In this document: in pieces, positions 8,280-17,934 of the stretch
How positions within the stretch are numbered: position 1 is the stretch's first letter
How the letters are laid out: the number at the start of each line of letters is the position of its first letter
NCBI GenBank assembly: GCA_934167095.1
Contig: CAKPKE010000003.1
Coordinates: forward strand, 5,533 to 69,532
Origin: an uncultured Clostridia bacterium
GTDB lineage: Bacteria; Bacillota; Clostridia; TANB77; CAG-508
Direction of reading: 5' to 3'
DNA length: 64,000 bases
The notes under the pieces: generated by a model
Databases searched by the model: none
What the model was told of the DNA's origin: nothing
Seen by the model: the letters and a program-made list of their open reading frames with translations, nothing else
Program-made: the position numbers and the translations under genes

Positions 8280-10226
8280 ATGACAGAAGAGAATGTAAGT
8301 AACAATGAAAATGTAGCTGAAATAAAAAAAGTAAATAAACCAAAAAGAAACTTCAGAAGAAATTATGTAAAAAAAGATAAAGAAGAAGTAAAAGAAGGTA
8401 CTCAAAAAAATAGAGCACCTAGAAAAAGCAGAGAGGAAAAAAGTCAAACAGAAAATTCTGAAATAGTAAAGAAGACAAGAACAAGGAGAAATACAAATAA
8501 AGTAAACGAGAGAAGTTTAGTAAAAGTAGAAAATAGATCAATACTAAAAAAAGAAGATTTCAGATTTAAAAAGCCAAGTATAAAAATCATACCATTAGGT
8601 GGTATTGAAGAAATAGGAAAAAATATTACAGTATTTGAATATGATAATGATATAATAGTTGTAGATTGTGGACTAGAGTTCCCAACTGATGATATGCTTG
8701 GAATAGATTTAGTAATTCCAGATGTAACATATCTTGTAAAGAATAAAGAAAAAGTTAGAGGAATATTCATAACTCACGGACACGAAGATCATATAGGTTC
8801 AATACCTTATGTATTAAAACAAATCAATGTTCCAATTTATGCAACAAAACTTACATGTGGGTTAATTAAAGGAAAACTTGAAGAACACCACATTTTAAGA
8901 ACAACAGAGCTTCACGAAGTAACTCAAGGTCAAGTTGTAAAAGCTGGAAAATTCAGTGTTGAATTTATAGCAAGTTGCCACAGTATTCCAGACTCTGTAA
9001 TGCTTGCAATAACTACACCAGCAGGAACAATTCTTCACACAGGAGATTTCAAAATTGACTATACACCAATAGATGGAAAGCCAATGGATTTAGGAAGAAT
9101 TGCAGAACTTGGAAATAAGGGAATTTTAGCACTTATGTCAGATAGTACCAACTCTGAAAGAAAGGGATTTACACTTTCAGAAAAATCAGTAGGTGAAGTA
9201 TTTGACAAGCTATTTATGAACTGCAAAAAGAGAATTGTTGTAGCAACATTTGCATCAAATGTCCACAGAGTTCAACAAATTGTGGATTCAGCAGTTAAAT
9301 ATGGAAGAAAAATTGCAGTTTGTGGAAGAAGCATGATTAATATGATTGAAACTGCAAGAGAAATAGGATATATAAATGCACCAGCAGATTTATTTATTGA
9401 TATTGATTTAATAAAAAATTATAATGATGAACAATTAGTAATAATTACAACTGGAAGTCAAGGTGAAACAATGTCTGCATTAACAAGAATGGCAGCAGGA
9501 GAGCATAAAAAAGTTACAATAACACCAAATGACTTAGTAATAATTTCCGCAAATGCAATTCCAGGAAATGAAAAATTGGTATCAAAAGTAATTGATGATT
9601 TAATGAAAATAGGTGCAGAAGTTGTGTATAGTGCTTTAGCAGATATTCACGTATCAGGACATGCTTGTCAAGAAGAGCAAAAATTGATTTTATCGCTAGC
9701 AAGACCTCAATATTTTATACCAGTTCATGGTGAATATAGACAACTTACTGCTCATGCTGAAACTGCTAAAAAATTAGGAATTCCACCACAAAATATATTT
9801 ATTACTCATAATGGTAGAATTCTAGAGCTAAGTAAAGACGAAGCTAAATTTACAACATCAGTACCATCAGGAAAAGTTCTTGTTGATGGATTAGGTGTAG
9901 GAGATGTTGGAAATATAGTATTAAGAGATAGACAACATTTATCTCAAGATGGATTAATTGTTATAGTATTGACAATGGATTCACAAACAGGAGAAATTGT
10001 TTCTGGACCAGATGTAATTTCTAGAGGATTCGTATATGTAAGAGAATCTGAAAACTTAATGGATGATGTAAAATCAATGATTAGACAAGAAGTTGCAGGA
10101 TTTGAACAAAGACATATAACTGATTGGTCAACAATTAAATCAACATTAAAAGATGATTTAAGAGATTATATATTCCAAAAAACAAAGCGTGACCCAATGA
10201 TATTACCAATTATAATGGAAGTTTAA
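8280..10226 (+). CDS. rnj: ribonuclease J (metallo-beta-lactamase/beta-CASP RNase) with a ~105-aa Lys/Arg-rich N-terminal extension
   Basis: KIIPLGGIEEIGKNITVFEYDNDIIVVDCGLEFP...ITHGHEDHIGSIPYVL... matches the RNase J1/J2 core. Start chosen at MTEENV (RBS AAGGAGAG) rather than the GTG at 8223. Confidence 0.9.
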   Translation: MTEENVSNNENVAEIKKVNKPKRNFRRNYVKKDKEEVKEGTQKNRAPRKSREEKSQTENSEIVKKTRTRRNTNKVNERSLVKVENRSILKKEDFRFKKPSIKIIPLGGIEEIGKNITVFEYDNDIIVVDCGLEFPTDDMLGIDLVIPDVTYLVKNKEKVRGIFITHGHEDHIGSIPYVLKQINVPIYATKLTCGLIKGKLEEHHILRTTELHEVTQGQVVKAGKFSVEFIASCHSIPDSVMLAITTPAGTILHTGDFKIDYTPIDGKPMDLGRIAELGNKGILALMSDSTNSERKGFTLSEKSVGEVFDKLFMNCKKRIVVATFASNVHRVQQIVDSAVKYGRKIAVCGRSMINMIETAREIGYINAPADLFIDIDLIKNYNDEQLVIITTGSQGETMSALTRMAAGEHKKVTITPNDLVIISANAIPGNEKLVSKVIDDLMKIGAEVVYSALADIHVSGHACQEEQKLILSLARPQYFIPVHGEYRQLTAHAETAKKLGIPPQNIFITHNGRILELSKDEAKFTTSVPSGKVLVDGLGVGDVGNIVLRDRQHLSQDGLIVIVLTMDSQTGEIVSGPDVISRGFVYVRESENLMDDVKSMIRQEVAGFEQRHITDWSTIKSTLKDDLRDYIFQKTKRDPMILPIIMEV

Positions 10227-10246
10227 TAAATAGAAGGAGGGATTTT

Positions 10247-11896
10247 ATGGATTATAAAGATTTAGCAAATTTAATATTTCCAGATGCAAAACCTATAGAA
10301 TATTATGAAGAAAAATATCCAGAAAGAAATCTACCAGAAGGAGCAATGGTAGTAAGAATAGGACCAAGCCCAACAGGTTCTGTTCATATTGGAACAATAT
10401 ATCAAGCATTAATTGCAAGAACTTTAGCAGATAAAACAAATGGTGTATTTTTCTTAAGAATAGAAGATACTGATCAAAAAAGAGAAGTTGAAAATGGAAT
10501 AAATGATATATTAGACACTTTAAAATATTTTGATGAACTTCCTGATGAAGGAATGGATACAGAAACTACATGGCATGGCGAATATGGACCATATAGACAA
10601 TCAATGCGTAAAGAAATATATACAGCTTACGCTAAGTATTTAATTGAACAAGGAAAGGCTTATCCATGCTTTGCAACAGCTGAAGAACTTGATGAAATGA
10701 GAAAAACTCAAGAAACAGCGGGGGTAAGACCAGGATACTATGGCGTTTGGGCAAAATATAGAAATTTATCTGTTGAAGAAGCGGTAGAAAAAATAAAAAA
10801 TGGAGAGCCTTACATAATTCGTTTTAAATCAAATGGAAGCGAAGAGAAAAAAATAAAAATTCATGATGTAATAAAAGGAAATGTTATATTCCCAGAAAAT
10901 GATCAAGATATAGTAATAATTAAGGCTGATGGACTTCCAACATATCACTTTGCACATGCAATAGATGACCATTTAATGCATACAACTCACGTAATAAGAG
11001 GAGATGAGTGGTTATCATCACTTCCAATACATGTTCAATTATTCCAAGAATTAGGATTTAAAGCTCCTAAATATGCACATACTGCAACAATATTAAAAAA
11101 TGATAATGGAAATAAAAGAAAAATAAGTAAAAGAAAAGATCCAGAAGCTTCTGCAAGTTACTACAAAGAAGTAGGAATTCCAGTTCAAGCTGTAAAAGAA
11201 TACTTATTAAATATAGCAAACTCAAGTTTTGAAATTTGGAGAAAACAAAATCCTGAAAAATCAATAAAAGAATTTGATTTTCAATTAAATAAAATGAGCG
11301 TTAGTGGAGCTTTATTTGATATGGTTAAGCTAAACGACATTGGAAAAAATGTAATATCTAGATATACCGCAGAGCAAGTATATGATGAAAGTTTAGCTTG
11401 GGCTAAAAGATATGATGAAAGTCTAGTTGAATTATTAAATGATAAAGACTACTCATTAAAAGTTCTAAATATTGAAAGAGGAAAAGCAAAACCACGTAGA
11501 GATATTGCAAAATGGTCAGATGTAAAAAATTGCATAGAGTATATGTATGATGATAAATTCTTTGCAAATACTGATGAATATGATTTTGACAAAATCAACA
11601 ATAAAGAAGAAATAAAGAAAATTTTAGATTTATATATGTCAAAATACTATGATGAAGCTGATGACCAACAAACATGGTTTAATAAAATGAAAGACTTAGC
11701 TGAAGAAATGGGATATGCAAGAGAAGTAAAAGAATACAAGCAAAATCCAGATAATTTCCCAGGACATGTAGGAGATATAAGCACAGTTATAAGAGTGGCA
11801 ATAACAAAGAGAAGAAATACTCCAGATTTATATGAAATAATGCATGTTTTAGGAAAAGATTCAGTAGAAAAAAGATTAAATTTATTAATAAAATAA
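10247..11896 (+). CDS. gltX: glutamate--tRNA ligase (long form)
   Basis: PSPTGSVHIGT (HIGH-like), FLRIEDTDQKRE, PTYHFAHAIDDHLMHTTHVIRGDEW, KISKRK (KMSKS-like). Class I GluRS pattern. Confidence 0.8.
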   Translation: MDYKDLANLIFPDAKPIEYYEEKYPERNLPEGAMVVRIGPSPTGSVHIGTIYQALIARTLADKTNGVFFLRIEDTDQKREVENGINDILDTLKYFDELPDEGMDTETTWHGEYGPYRQSMRKEIYTAYAKYLIEQGKAYPCFATAEELDEMRKTQETAGVRPGYYGVWAKYRNLSVEEAVEKIKNGEPYIIRFKSNGSEEKKIKIHDVIKGNVIFPENDQDIVIIKADGLPTYHFAHAIDDHLMHTTHVIRGDEWLSSLPIHVQLFQELGFKAPKYAHTATILKNDNGNKRKISKRKDPEASASYYKEVGIPVQAVKEYLLNIANSSFEIWRKQNPEKSIKEFDFQLNKMSVSGALFDMVKLNDIGKNVISRYTAEQVYDESLAWAKRYDESLVELLNDKDYSLKVLNIERGKAKPRRDIAKWSDVKNCIEYMYDDKFFANTDEYDFDKINNKEEIKKILDLYMSKYYDEADDQQTWFNKMKDLAEEMGYAREVKEYKQNPDNFPGHVGDISTVIRVAITKRRNTPDLYEIMHVLGKDSVEKRLNLLIK

Positions 11897-11902
11897 AATT
11901 TT

Positions 11903-11961
11903 AGCAGTACTACATTTTTAGCAAATTATAAATAGTTTGCTAGAAATGTAGTACTGTTTTA
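11903..11961 (+). terminator. compound hairpin terminator after gltX
   Basis: agcagtactacattt...aaatgtagtactg plus TTTT. Confidence 0.6.
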
Positions 11962-11989
11962 TTATAAAAGAAAGCATATAATAAACTAT

Positions 11990-12040
11990 TACAAATGAAA
12001 AATAATAGCTGGCAGATGTTTAAAATCTGCCAGCTATTAT
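11990..12040 (-). terminator. terminator of the GC-rich small gene (16-bp perfect stem)
   Basis: aataatagctggcagat / atctgccagctattatt. U-run on the minus strand. Confidence 0.7.
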
Positions 12041-12068
12041 TTTCTGCTAGGGAAATCCTAAAGCCTTA

Positions 12069-12308
12069 TCAGGACTTCGGGATGATGGTACCGCCGAGCT
12101 TCGCGATGGAATCACGAACCATGGCATCGTACATCAGGCTGTCGGTTGCATTTACAATCAACCTGTTGGCGTCGCAAGCATCAGTTGTATTGATGTTCAT
12201 ACGCACGTCGCCATACTTGGCTTCGAGCTCTTTTCGAGCCTTGTTCCGAGCCTCTTCAGAAGAGAAAATAACGACCATTGTCTGACGGCTTTTGTGAACG
12301 TTATACAT
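12069..12308 (-). CDS. 79-aa hypothetical protein encoded by a ~50% GC island with non-host codon usage
   Basis: MYNVHKSRQTMVVIFSSEEARNKARKELEAKYGDVRMNINTTDACDANRLIVNATDSLMYDAMVRDSIAKLGGTIIPKS. RBS AAAGGGAGGAC. Own promoter and terminator. GC-rich codons (GGC, CGT, GCC, CTC) in a 28% GC genome. Confidence 0.6.
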   Translation of the reverse strand: MYNVHKSRQTMVVIFSSEEARNKARKELEAKYGDVRMNINTTDACDANRLIVNATDSLMYDAMVRDSIAKLGGTIIPKS

Positions 12309-12361
12309 AAAACGTCCTCCCTTTTATTTTACTATCCCACGAAGTGGGACGAATTAAATAT

Positions 12362-12390
12362 ATTATATCATCTTTGGTTACATAATGCAA
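12362..12390 (-). promoter_or_regulatory. sigma-A type promoter TTGCAT-17-(TGa)TATAAT for the GC-rich small gene
   Basis: Minus strand ttgcattatgtaaccaaagatgatataat. The 5'UTR carries a cccac-UUCG-guggg tetraloop hairpin. Confidence 0.55.
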
Positions 12391-12404
12391 CATTTTTCGA
12401 CAAA

Positions 12405-12989
12405 TTATAAATATTTTTCTATATTTTCCCAAACATTATCAGAATATATTTTTCTTTCTGAAGAATAGGGAAGAAAATCTAAATCCTTTAATGGATTTAA
12501 TTGGCTTTGTAAATTTGCAACTTGAGTATCAACTTTTGTAACAGCTATTTTATCAGCTTTGTTTGCAAGTATAATGCAAGGGGAGTTGCTATTATTTACA
12601 ATGTAATTATACATAAGTCTATCATTTTCTGTTGGGTCATGTCTAATATCTATCAAAAATATAATTAAAGCTATATTTTTACTATTTACTAAATATTCCT
12701 CAATAAATGAACCAACCTTTGCTTGTTCCTGCTTTGACATTTTGCTGTAGCCATAACCTGGTAAATCGACAAAATAAAAATTATCATCTACATTGTAAAA
12801 ATTGATTAATCTTGTTTTTCCAGGTTCAGAGCTTGTACGAGCTAGTTTTTTTCTATTAAGCATAGAATTTATAAAACTAGATTTGCCAACATTTGATTTT
12901 CCAACTAATACAATTTGTGGTAAATCATTTGCAGGGTATTGAGATGGCTTTACAGCCGAAATTTCAAATTTTGGATTCTTTATTATCAT
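12405..12989 (-). CDS. engB: ribosome biogenesis GTP-binding protein EngB/YsxC
   Basis: LVGKSNVGKSSFINSMLNRK (G1), DLPGYGY (G3), NKADK (G4). Confidence 0.9.
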   Translation of the reverse strand: MIIKNPKFEISAVKPSQYPANDLPQIVLVGKSNVGKSSFINSMLNRKKLARTSSEPGKTRLINFYNVDDNFYFVDLPGYGYSKMSKQEQAKVGSFIEEYLVNSKNIALIIFLIDIRHDPTENDRLMYNYIVNNSNSPCIILANKADKIAVTKVDTQVANLQSQLNPLKDLDFLPYSSERKIYSDNVWENIEKYL

Positions 12990-13033
12990 AATAAATTTAT
13001 TCCTTTCTTTCTATAAAGCCAAATTTAGTTATT

Positions 13034-14320
13034 TTATTTTTTAGGTCTAATTACATCTAATCCACCCATGTAAGGTCTTAATACTTCTGGAACAGTAATG
13101 CTTCCATCTTCATTATAGTTATTTTCTATAACTGCAATTAATCCACGAGGAGTAGCAACAACTGTATTGTTTAAAGTATGTGGATAATAATTTCCTTTTT
13201 CACCTTTTACACGAATTCCTAAACGTCTTGATTGTGCGTCGCCTAAAGTTGAACAACTTCCAACTTCAAAGTATTTCTTTTGTCTTGGACTCCAAGCTTC
13301 AACATCACAAGATTTTACTTTTAAGTCAGCTAAATCTCCAGAGCAACATTCAAGTTGACGAACCGGAACATTCCAGCTTCTGAATAAGTCAACTGTTAAT
13401 TTCCACATTTTGTTGTACCAGTCCATAGATTCTTCTGGCTCACAAATAACTATCATTTCTTGTTTTTCGAATTGATGAACTCTATAAAGACCTCTTTCTT
13501 CTAGACCATGAGAACCAATTTCTTTTCTAAAGCATGGAGAATATGATGTCATGTGAATAGGAAGTTCTGATTTTTTTACCAATTGGCCTTTAAATCTACC
13601 AATCATAGAGTGTTCAGAAGTTCCAATTAAGTATAAATCTTCGCCTTCAATTTTATACATCATGGCGTCCATTTCCTCAAAACTCATAACACCTGTTACG
13701 ACATCACTTCTAATCATAAAAGGTGGGATGGCATAAGTAAATCCGGCATTTATCATATAATCTCTAGCACATGCAAGCATTGCTTCATGAAGTCTTGCAA
13801 TATCACCAATTAAATAATAAAATCCAACACCACTAGTGCGGCCAGCAGATTCTTTATCTAATCCATTTAATCTTTCTAAAATATCAGCATGATGAGGAAT
13901 TTCATATTCAGGAACTGCTGGTTCACCAAATCTTTGAACTTCAACATTTTCGCTGTCATCTTTTCCAATAGGAACAGATGGGTCAATTATATTTGGTATT
14001 TTCATCATTATTTCTTTTATTTGACAAGCGTAATTTTCTTCTAAATTTTCGTTTTCAACAAGTTCTTCGTTGATAATTTTTACTTGAGCTTTTATTTCCT
14101 CTGCTTCAACTTTTTTTCCTTCTCTCATAAGAGAACCAACTTTGTCACTTAAAGTTTTACGATTAGCTCTTAATTCATCTCCGTGAAGTTTAGCAGCTCT
14201 AGATTTTTTATCTAACTCAACTACTTCGTCAACTAAAGGAAGCTTATGATCTTGAAATTTGTTTTTGATGTTTTGCTTTACAACATCAGGATTTTCTCTT
14301 AAAAATTTAATGTCTATCAT
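13034..14320 (-). CDS. serS: serine--tRNA ligase
   Basis: MIDIKFLRENPDVVKQN... N-terminal coiled coil plus class II motifs (FRKE..G..GLYRVHQFEKQE, GSCS). Start at MIDIK (RBS AAAGGACG), not the upstream Met of the ORF track. Confidence 0.9.
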   Translation of the reverse strand: MIDIKFLRENPDVVKQNIKNKFQDHKLPLVDEVVELDKKSRAAKLHGDELRANRKTLSDKVGSLMREGKKVEAEEIKAQVKIINEELVENENLEENYACQIKEIMMKIPNIIDPSVPIGKDDSENVEVQRFGEPAVPEYEIPHHADILERLNGLDKESAGRTSGVGFYYLIGDIARLHEAMLACARDYMINAGFTYAIPPFMIRSDVVTGVMSFEEMDAMMYKIEGEDLYLIGTSEHSMIGRFKGQLVKKSELPIHMTSYSPCFRKEIGSHGLEERGLYRVHQFEKQEMIVICEPEESMDWYNKMWKLTVDLFRSWNVPVRQLECCSGDLADLKVKSCDVEAWSPRQKKYFEVGSCSTLGDAQSRRLGIRVKGEKGNYYPHTLNNTVVATPRGLIAVIENNYNEDGSITVPEVLRPYMGGLDVIRPKK

Positions 14321-14435
14321 TGTATTTCGTCCTTTCATAAAACTCACTATAAATACTAAAATTATATAACAATATTGCAAAAAAGTAAATAAATTTAGTA
14401 AAATATGTAAAGAATATTAACAGGAGGAAACAAAA

Positions 14436-15281
14436 GTGATTATTGAATTTATAAAATTTATAGTATTTTCATTAGGAATAGTAGCAATATCAAAATATTT
14501 GTTAGTACCAATTTTAAGAAAAATAGCACTTAAACTAAATTTAGGACCCAAAGCAGTTGGAAACATAACTGGAGTTGCAACATCTGTGCCAGAATTTCTT
14601 ACAGTATGTTTTTCTGCAGCAAGTGGATTTATAGGAACAAGTATATATAACATACTAAGTTCAAATGTAATAAATTTGGTACAGTATATATTTTCAATAT
14701 ACTTAAATAAAAATCAAAAATACTTGAAAAATAGAGCAATTATAACAGATATTGTACTTGTGATAATAACTATTTTTATCCCTGTAATAATAGTTGCAAG
14801 TAACATTCAAACAGGAGTAATTACTGTAATAATATTTGTGATTTTGCTAGCAGTTTTTTACTATATAAACAACAATGTTCATAAATTATATTTGCAAAAG
14901 GAAGATAAAGAAATAGAAGCAGAAGAAATAGCCCAAAACAAGCCTGAAAGCAAAAAGAATATAATATTATATTGGATTGCACTTATTGCAGTTGCAGTAC
15001 TTCTTTATATAGTAGGAGAACTTTTAAGCTCAAGCCTTACAAACCTAAGTAATAGCTTTGGTTTGCCAGAGTTTGTACTAGGAATATTACTCGGCTTTAT
15101 AACTAGTCTACCTGAATTAATTACATTTTCAGAAGCTCAGAAAAAAGAAAAGGCAAAAAATAGTGAAACTTCAAATAAATTAGGCGTAATAGAAGCAACT
15201 AATAATTTACTAACATCAAATATTTTAAATTTATTTGTAATTCAATCTATAGGAATAATTTTATATTTAATAATTTCATAG
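14436..15281 (+). CDS. Ca2+/Na+ antiporter family (CaCA/YrbG-like) membrane protein
   Basis: GTG start with RBS AGGAGG. Two alpha-repeat signatures GNITGVATSVPEF and GFITSLPEL. Confidence 0.75.
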   Translation: MIIEFIKFIVFSLGIVAISKYLLVPILRKIALKLNLGPKAVGNITGVATSVPEFLTVCFSAASGFIGTSIYNILSSNVINLVQYIFSIYLNKNQKYLKNRAIITDIVLVIITIFIPVIIVASNIQTGVITVIIFVILLAVFYYINNNVHKLYLQKEDKEIEAEEIAQNKPESKKNIILYWIALIAVAVLLYIVGELLSSSLTNLSNSFGLPEFVLGILLGFITSLPELITFSEAQKKEKAKNSETSNKLGVIEATNNLLTSNILNLFVIQSIGIILYLIIS

Positions 15282-15332
15282 TAATATTTGTCCGAGGCAA
15301 GACATAAAATTATAACTAGGAGAGGGAAGAGT

Positions 15333-15593
15333 ATGGATGCTAAAATGCTACTTATATTTGTGTCTTGCATAATTGGAATATTTATAATAGGAAAGATGTT
15401 TATAGTTCCGTTAAAAATAATATTTAAATTTATACTAAACTCTGTATTAGGTGCTATAATCATTTGGATTATAAATTTAATTGGTGCAATTTGGAGTTTT
15501 CATATTGGAATAAATATTTATACAGTACTAACAGTTGGAATTCTTGGAATACCAGGTGCAATACTTTTAATATTAATAAATATATTTTTATAA
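15333..15593 (+). CDS. bofA: pro-sigma-K processing inhibitor BofA (sporulation)
   Basis: Small 2-TM protein ending ...TVGILGIPGAILLILINIFL. Compare B. subtilis BofA ...SSILGIPGIAALVVI... Confidence 0.75.
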   Translation: MDAKMLLIFVSCIIGIFIIGKMFIVPLKIIFKFILNSVLGAIIIWIINLIGAIWSFHIGINIYTVLTVGILGIPGAILLILINIFL

Positions 15594-15607
15594 TTATAAA
15601 GATAAAT

Positions 15608-15648
15608 GAAGTGAACCACAATAAAAAATGGCTCACTTCAAATTTTTT
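15608..15648. terminator. terminator between bofA and convergent glmS
   Basis: gaagtgaacc...ggctcacttc hairpin plus TTTTTT. Confidence 0.6.
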
Positions 15649-17491
15649 ATTCTACTGTTACAGATTTTGCTAGATTTCTAGGCTTATCAACATCTAATCC
15701 TTTATTTTTTGAGATGTAATAAGATAAAAGTTGAAGCGGTATAACAGATAAGATAGGGGAGATTAACTCGTTTGTATCAGGAATATTTATAACATAATTA
15801 AAATTATTATTTGGCAATATTTGATTTGTTATAATTAAAGTTTTTGCTCCTCTTGTTATTACTTCTTGTATGTTACTAATCGATTTAGGTGCTAATTCTT
15901 TACTTGTAATGATACCAATAACAGTAACACCATTTTCAATAAGTGCAATAGGTCCATGTTTTAATTCACCTGCAGCATAAGCTTCAGAATGAATATATGA
16001 AATTTCTTTTAATTTTAAAGAGCCTTCTAATGCAACGTCATAGTCAGTTCCACGGCCTAAAAAGAACATATCTTTTTGAGTATAAACTTTATCAGCAAAT
16101 TCCTTTACTTTGCCAGCTTCACTAAGTACTACATCTATTTTTGAAGGAAGGTCTAATATATCACTTTTTAAATTTGCAATTGTATCTTCAGGGCAAGAAC
16201 CTAAAATTTCTGCAAAATACATTCCTAAAATTGCAATTAAGCAAACTTGTGAAGTATAGGCCTTAGTAGATGCAACAGCAATTTCTGGACCAGCATGAGT
16301 GTAAATTGTGTAGTTAGCTTCTCTTGTTATTGTACTTCCAATAACATTTGAAATTGCAAGAGTTTTAGCTCCTTTTTCTTTAGAAAGTCTTAATGCTGCT
16401 AAAGTGTCAGCAGTTTCACCAGATTGACTTACAAAAATACATAAAGTTTTTTCATTTACAATAGGATCTCTGTATCTGAATTCTGAAGCAATGTCTACTT
16501 CAGTTGGAATTCTGCAAAGTTTTTCAAATACCATTTTACCAACTAATCCAGCATGCATAGCTGTACCACAGGCTACTATAAAAATTTTATTAATAGATTT
16601 TAAATAATCTTTTGAAATATCTATGTCATCAAAACTACATTTTTCTCCAAGTTTGAATCTTGAACCTATAGTTTCTCTAATTGCTGTTGGTTGCTCAAAA
16701 ATTTCTTTTAACATGTAATCTTCATATCCTTCTTTTTCAGCAGAAGAAGCATCCCATTCAATATTTTTAATTTCCTTATTATGAGGAACTAAATTCATAT
16801 CATAAAAACTAATTTTATCTTTAAAAATTGTAGCAATTTCATTATCATTTAAAAGATAGAAATCTTTTGTATATTTCAATACAGCAGGAATATCTGATGC
16901 TATAAAATTTTCACCATTTCCTTTGCCTATAACTAAAGGACTGTCTTTTCTTACTACTATAATTCTGTCAGGATATAGGGCAGATATTATTTCTAATGCA
17001 TAACTTCCTTTTAAATCAGAAATAGCATTTTTTACAGCTCTTAAAAATTTTTCATCAGTATTTTCAGACTTATCAGCTGTAAAATAATAATGAATTAAAT
17101 TTGGAATTACTTCTGTATCTGTTTGAGAATAAAAAGTATATCCATTATCTGTTAAAAATTTTCTAAGGTCTGAATAATTTTCAATAATACCATTATGAAC
17201 TACTGCAAATTGCTTTTTTGCATCTGCATGAGGGTGAGAATTTTCCCTAGATGGCTTTCCGTGAGTAGCCCATCTAGTATGAGCAATACCAACACTACCT
17301 GCAAGAGTATTAAATTCAGGAAGAGATTCTAAGTTTGCAACTCTACCTTTTTCTTTTACTATACTTATTTTATTATTTTCAATAGTTGCAACTCCAGCTG
17401 AGTCGTAACCTCTGTATTCTAGACTTTTTAGTCCATTAATTAAAATTTCTTTGGCTTTTTGATTACCAATGTAACCTACAATTCCACACAT
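15647..17491 (-). CDS. glmS: glutamine--fructose-6-phosphate aminotransferase
   Basis: MCGIVGYIG... N-terminal Cys nucleophile. Two SIS domains. 614 aa. Confidence 0.95.
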   Translation of the reverse strand: MCGIVGYIGNQKAKEILINGLKSLEYRGYDSAGVATIENNKISIVKEKGRVANLESLPEFNTLAGSVGIAHTRWATHGKPSRENSHPHADAKKQFAVVHNGIIENYSDLRKFLTDNGYTFYSQTDTEVIPNLIHYYFTADKSENTDEKFLRAVKNAISDLKGSYALEIISALYPDRIIVVRKDSPLVIGKGNGENFIASDIPAVLKYTKDFYLLNDNEIATIFKDKISFYDMNLVPHNKEIKNIEWDASSAEKEGYEDYMLKEIFEQPTAIRETIGSRFKLGEKCSFDDIDISKDYLKSINKIFIVACGTAMHAGLVGKMVFEKLCRIPTEVDIASEFRYRDPIVNEKTLCIFVSQSGETADTLAALRLSKEKGAKTLAISNVIGSTITREANYTIYTHAGPEIAVASTKAYTSQVCLIAILGMYFAEILGSCPEDTIANLKSDILDLPSKIDVVLSEAGKVKEFADKVYTQKDMFFLGRGTDYDVALEGSLKLKEISYIHSEAYAAGELKHGPIALIENGVTVIGIITSKELAPKSISNIQEVITRGAKTLIITNQILPNNNFNYVINIPDTNELISPILSVIPLQLLSYYISKNKGLDVDKPRNLAKSVTVE

Positions 17492-17559
17492 AAAAATAAC
17501 CTCCTATAAATTAAATAAAATATGCAACATTTAATAATATCAAGATGAAATATCTTGAT

Positions 17560-17728
17560 TGCATATAAATTATAAAAGGCATAAAATAACTAGATACTTG
17601 AAATTAAATCTGTTCTAATATTACTATTAGTCTTTGTTAATTTTTAAGGACCGTAACAGCCCTAGAGCATCCGCCGAATATTTCGATAAACTCTAACCTC
17701 GTCAACAGCATAAACTGTCCTGGCGCTA
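17560..17728 (-). ncRNA. glmS ribozyme (GlcN6P-responsive self-cleaving riboswitch) in the glmS 5'UTR
   Basis: The minus strand reads AGCGCCAGGACAGUUUAUGCUGUUGACGAGGUUAGAGUUUAUCGAAAUAUUCGGCGGAUGCUCUAGGGCUGUUACGGUCC..., matching the conserved glmS ribozyme core (A|GCGCC cleavage site, GACGAGG, UUUAUCGAA.UUCGGCGGAUGC). Upstream promoter TTGATA-17-TAATAT. Confidence 0.85.
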
Positions 17729-17934
17729 AAATAAAACTCCTTTCATAATTTGTGATTAGTATTTTATGCTTATATTTCATAATATTACACTAAATGACAA
17801 AATGTATCAATATGTTTAAAGAAAATTTATTCTGTTAGGAGAAAAAAATGCAAAACATTATGTAAATATAAAGACAAAAGCTGGATTATATGGTATAATG
17901 GTAGTGAAGTTTTATAAAAATGAGAGGGGTTCTA

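Noticed and set aside
11995-12285. 96-aa plus-strand ORF on the GC-rich island
   Set aside because: Antisense shadow of the 79-aa minus-strand gene. Only the minus-strand frame has an RBS, promoter and terminator in the correct order.
14321-14435. T-box leaders upstream of serS, and likewise trpS (48893-48945) and gltX (10227-10246)
   Set aside because: The leaders are only 20-115 nt, too short for a T-box (~250 nt). No specifier loop or T-box sequence (AATTAGGGTGGNACCGCG) is present.
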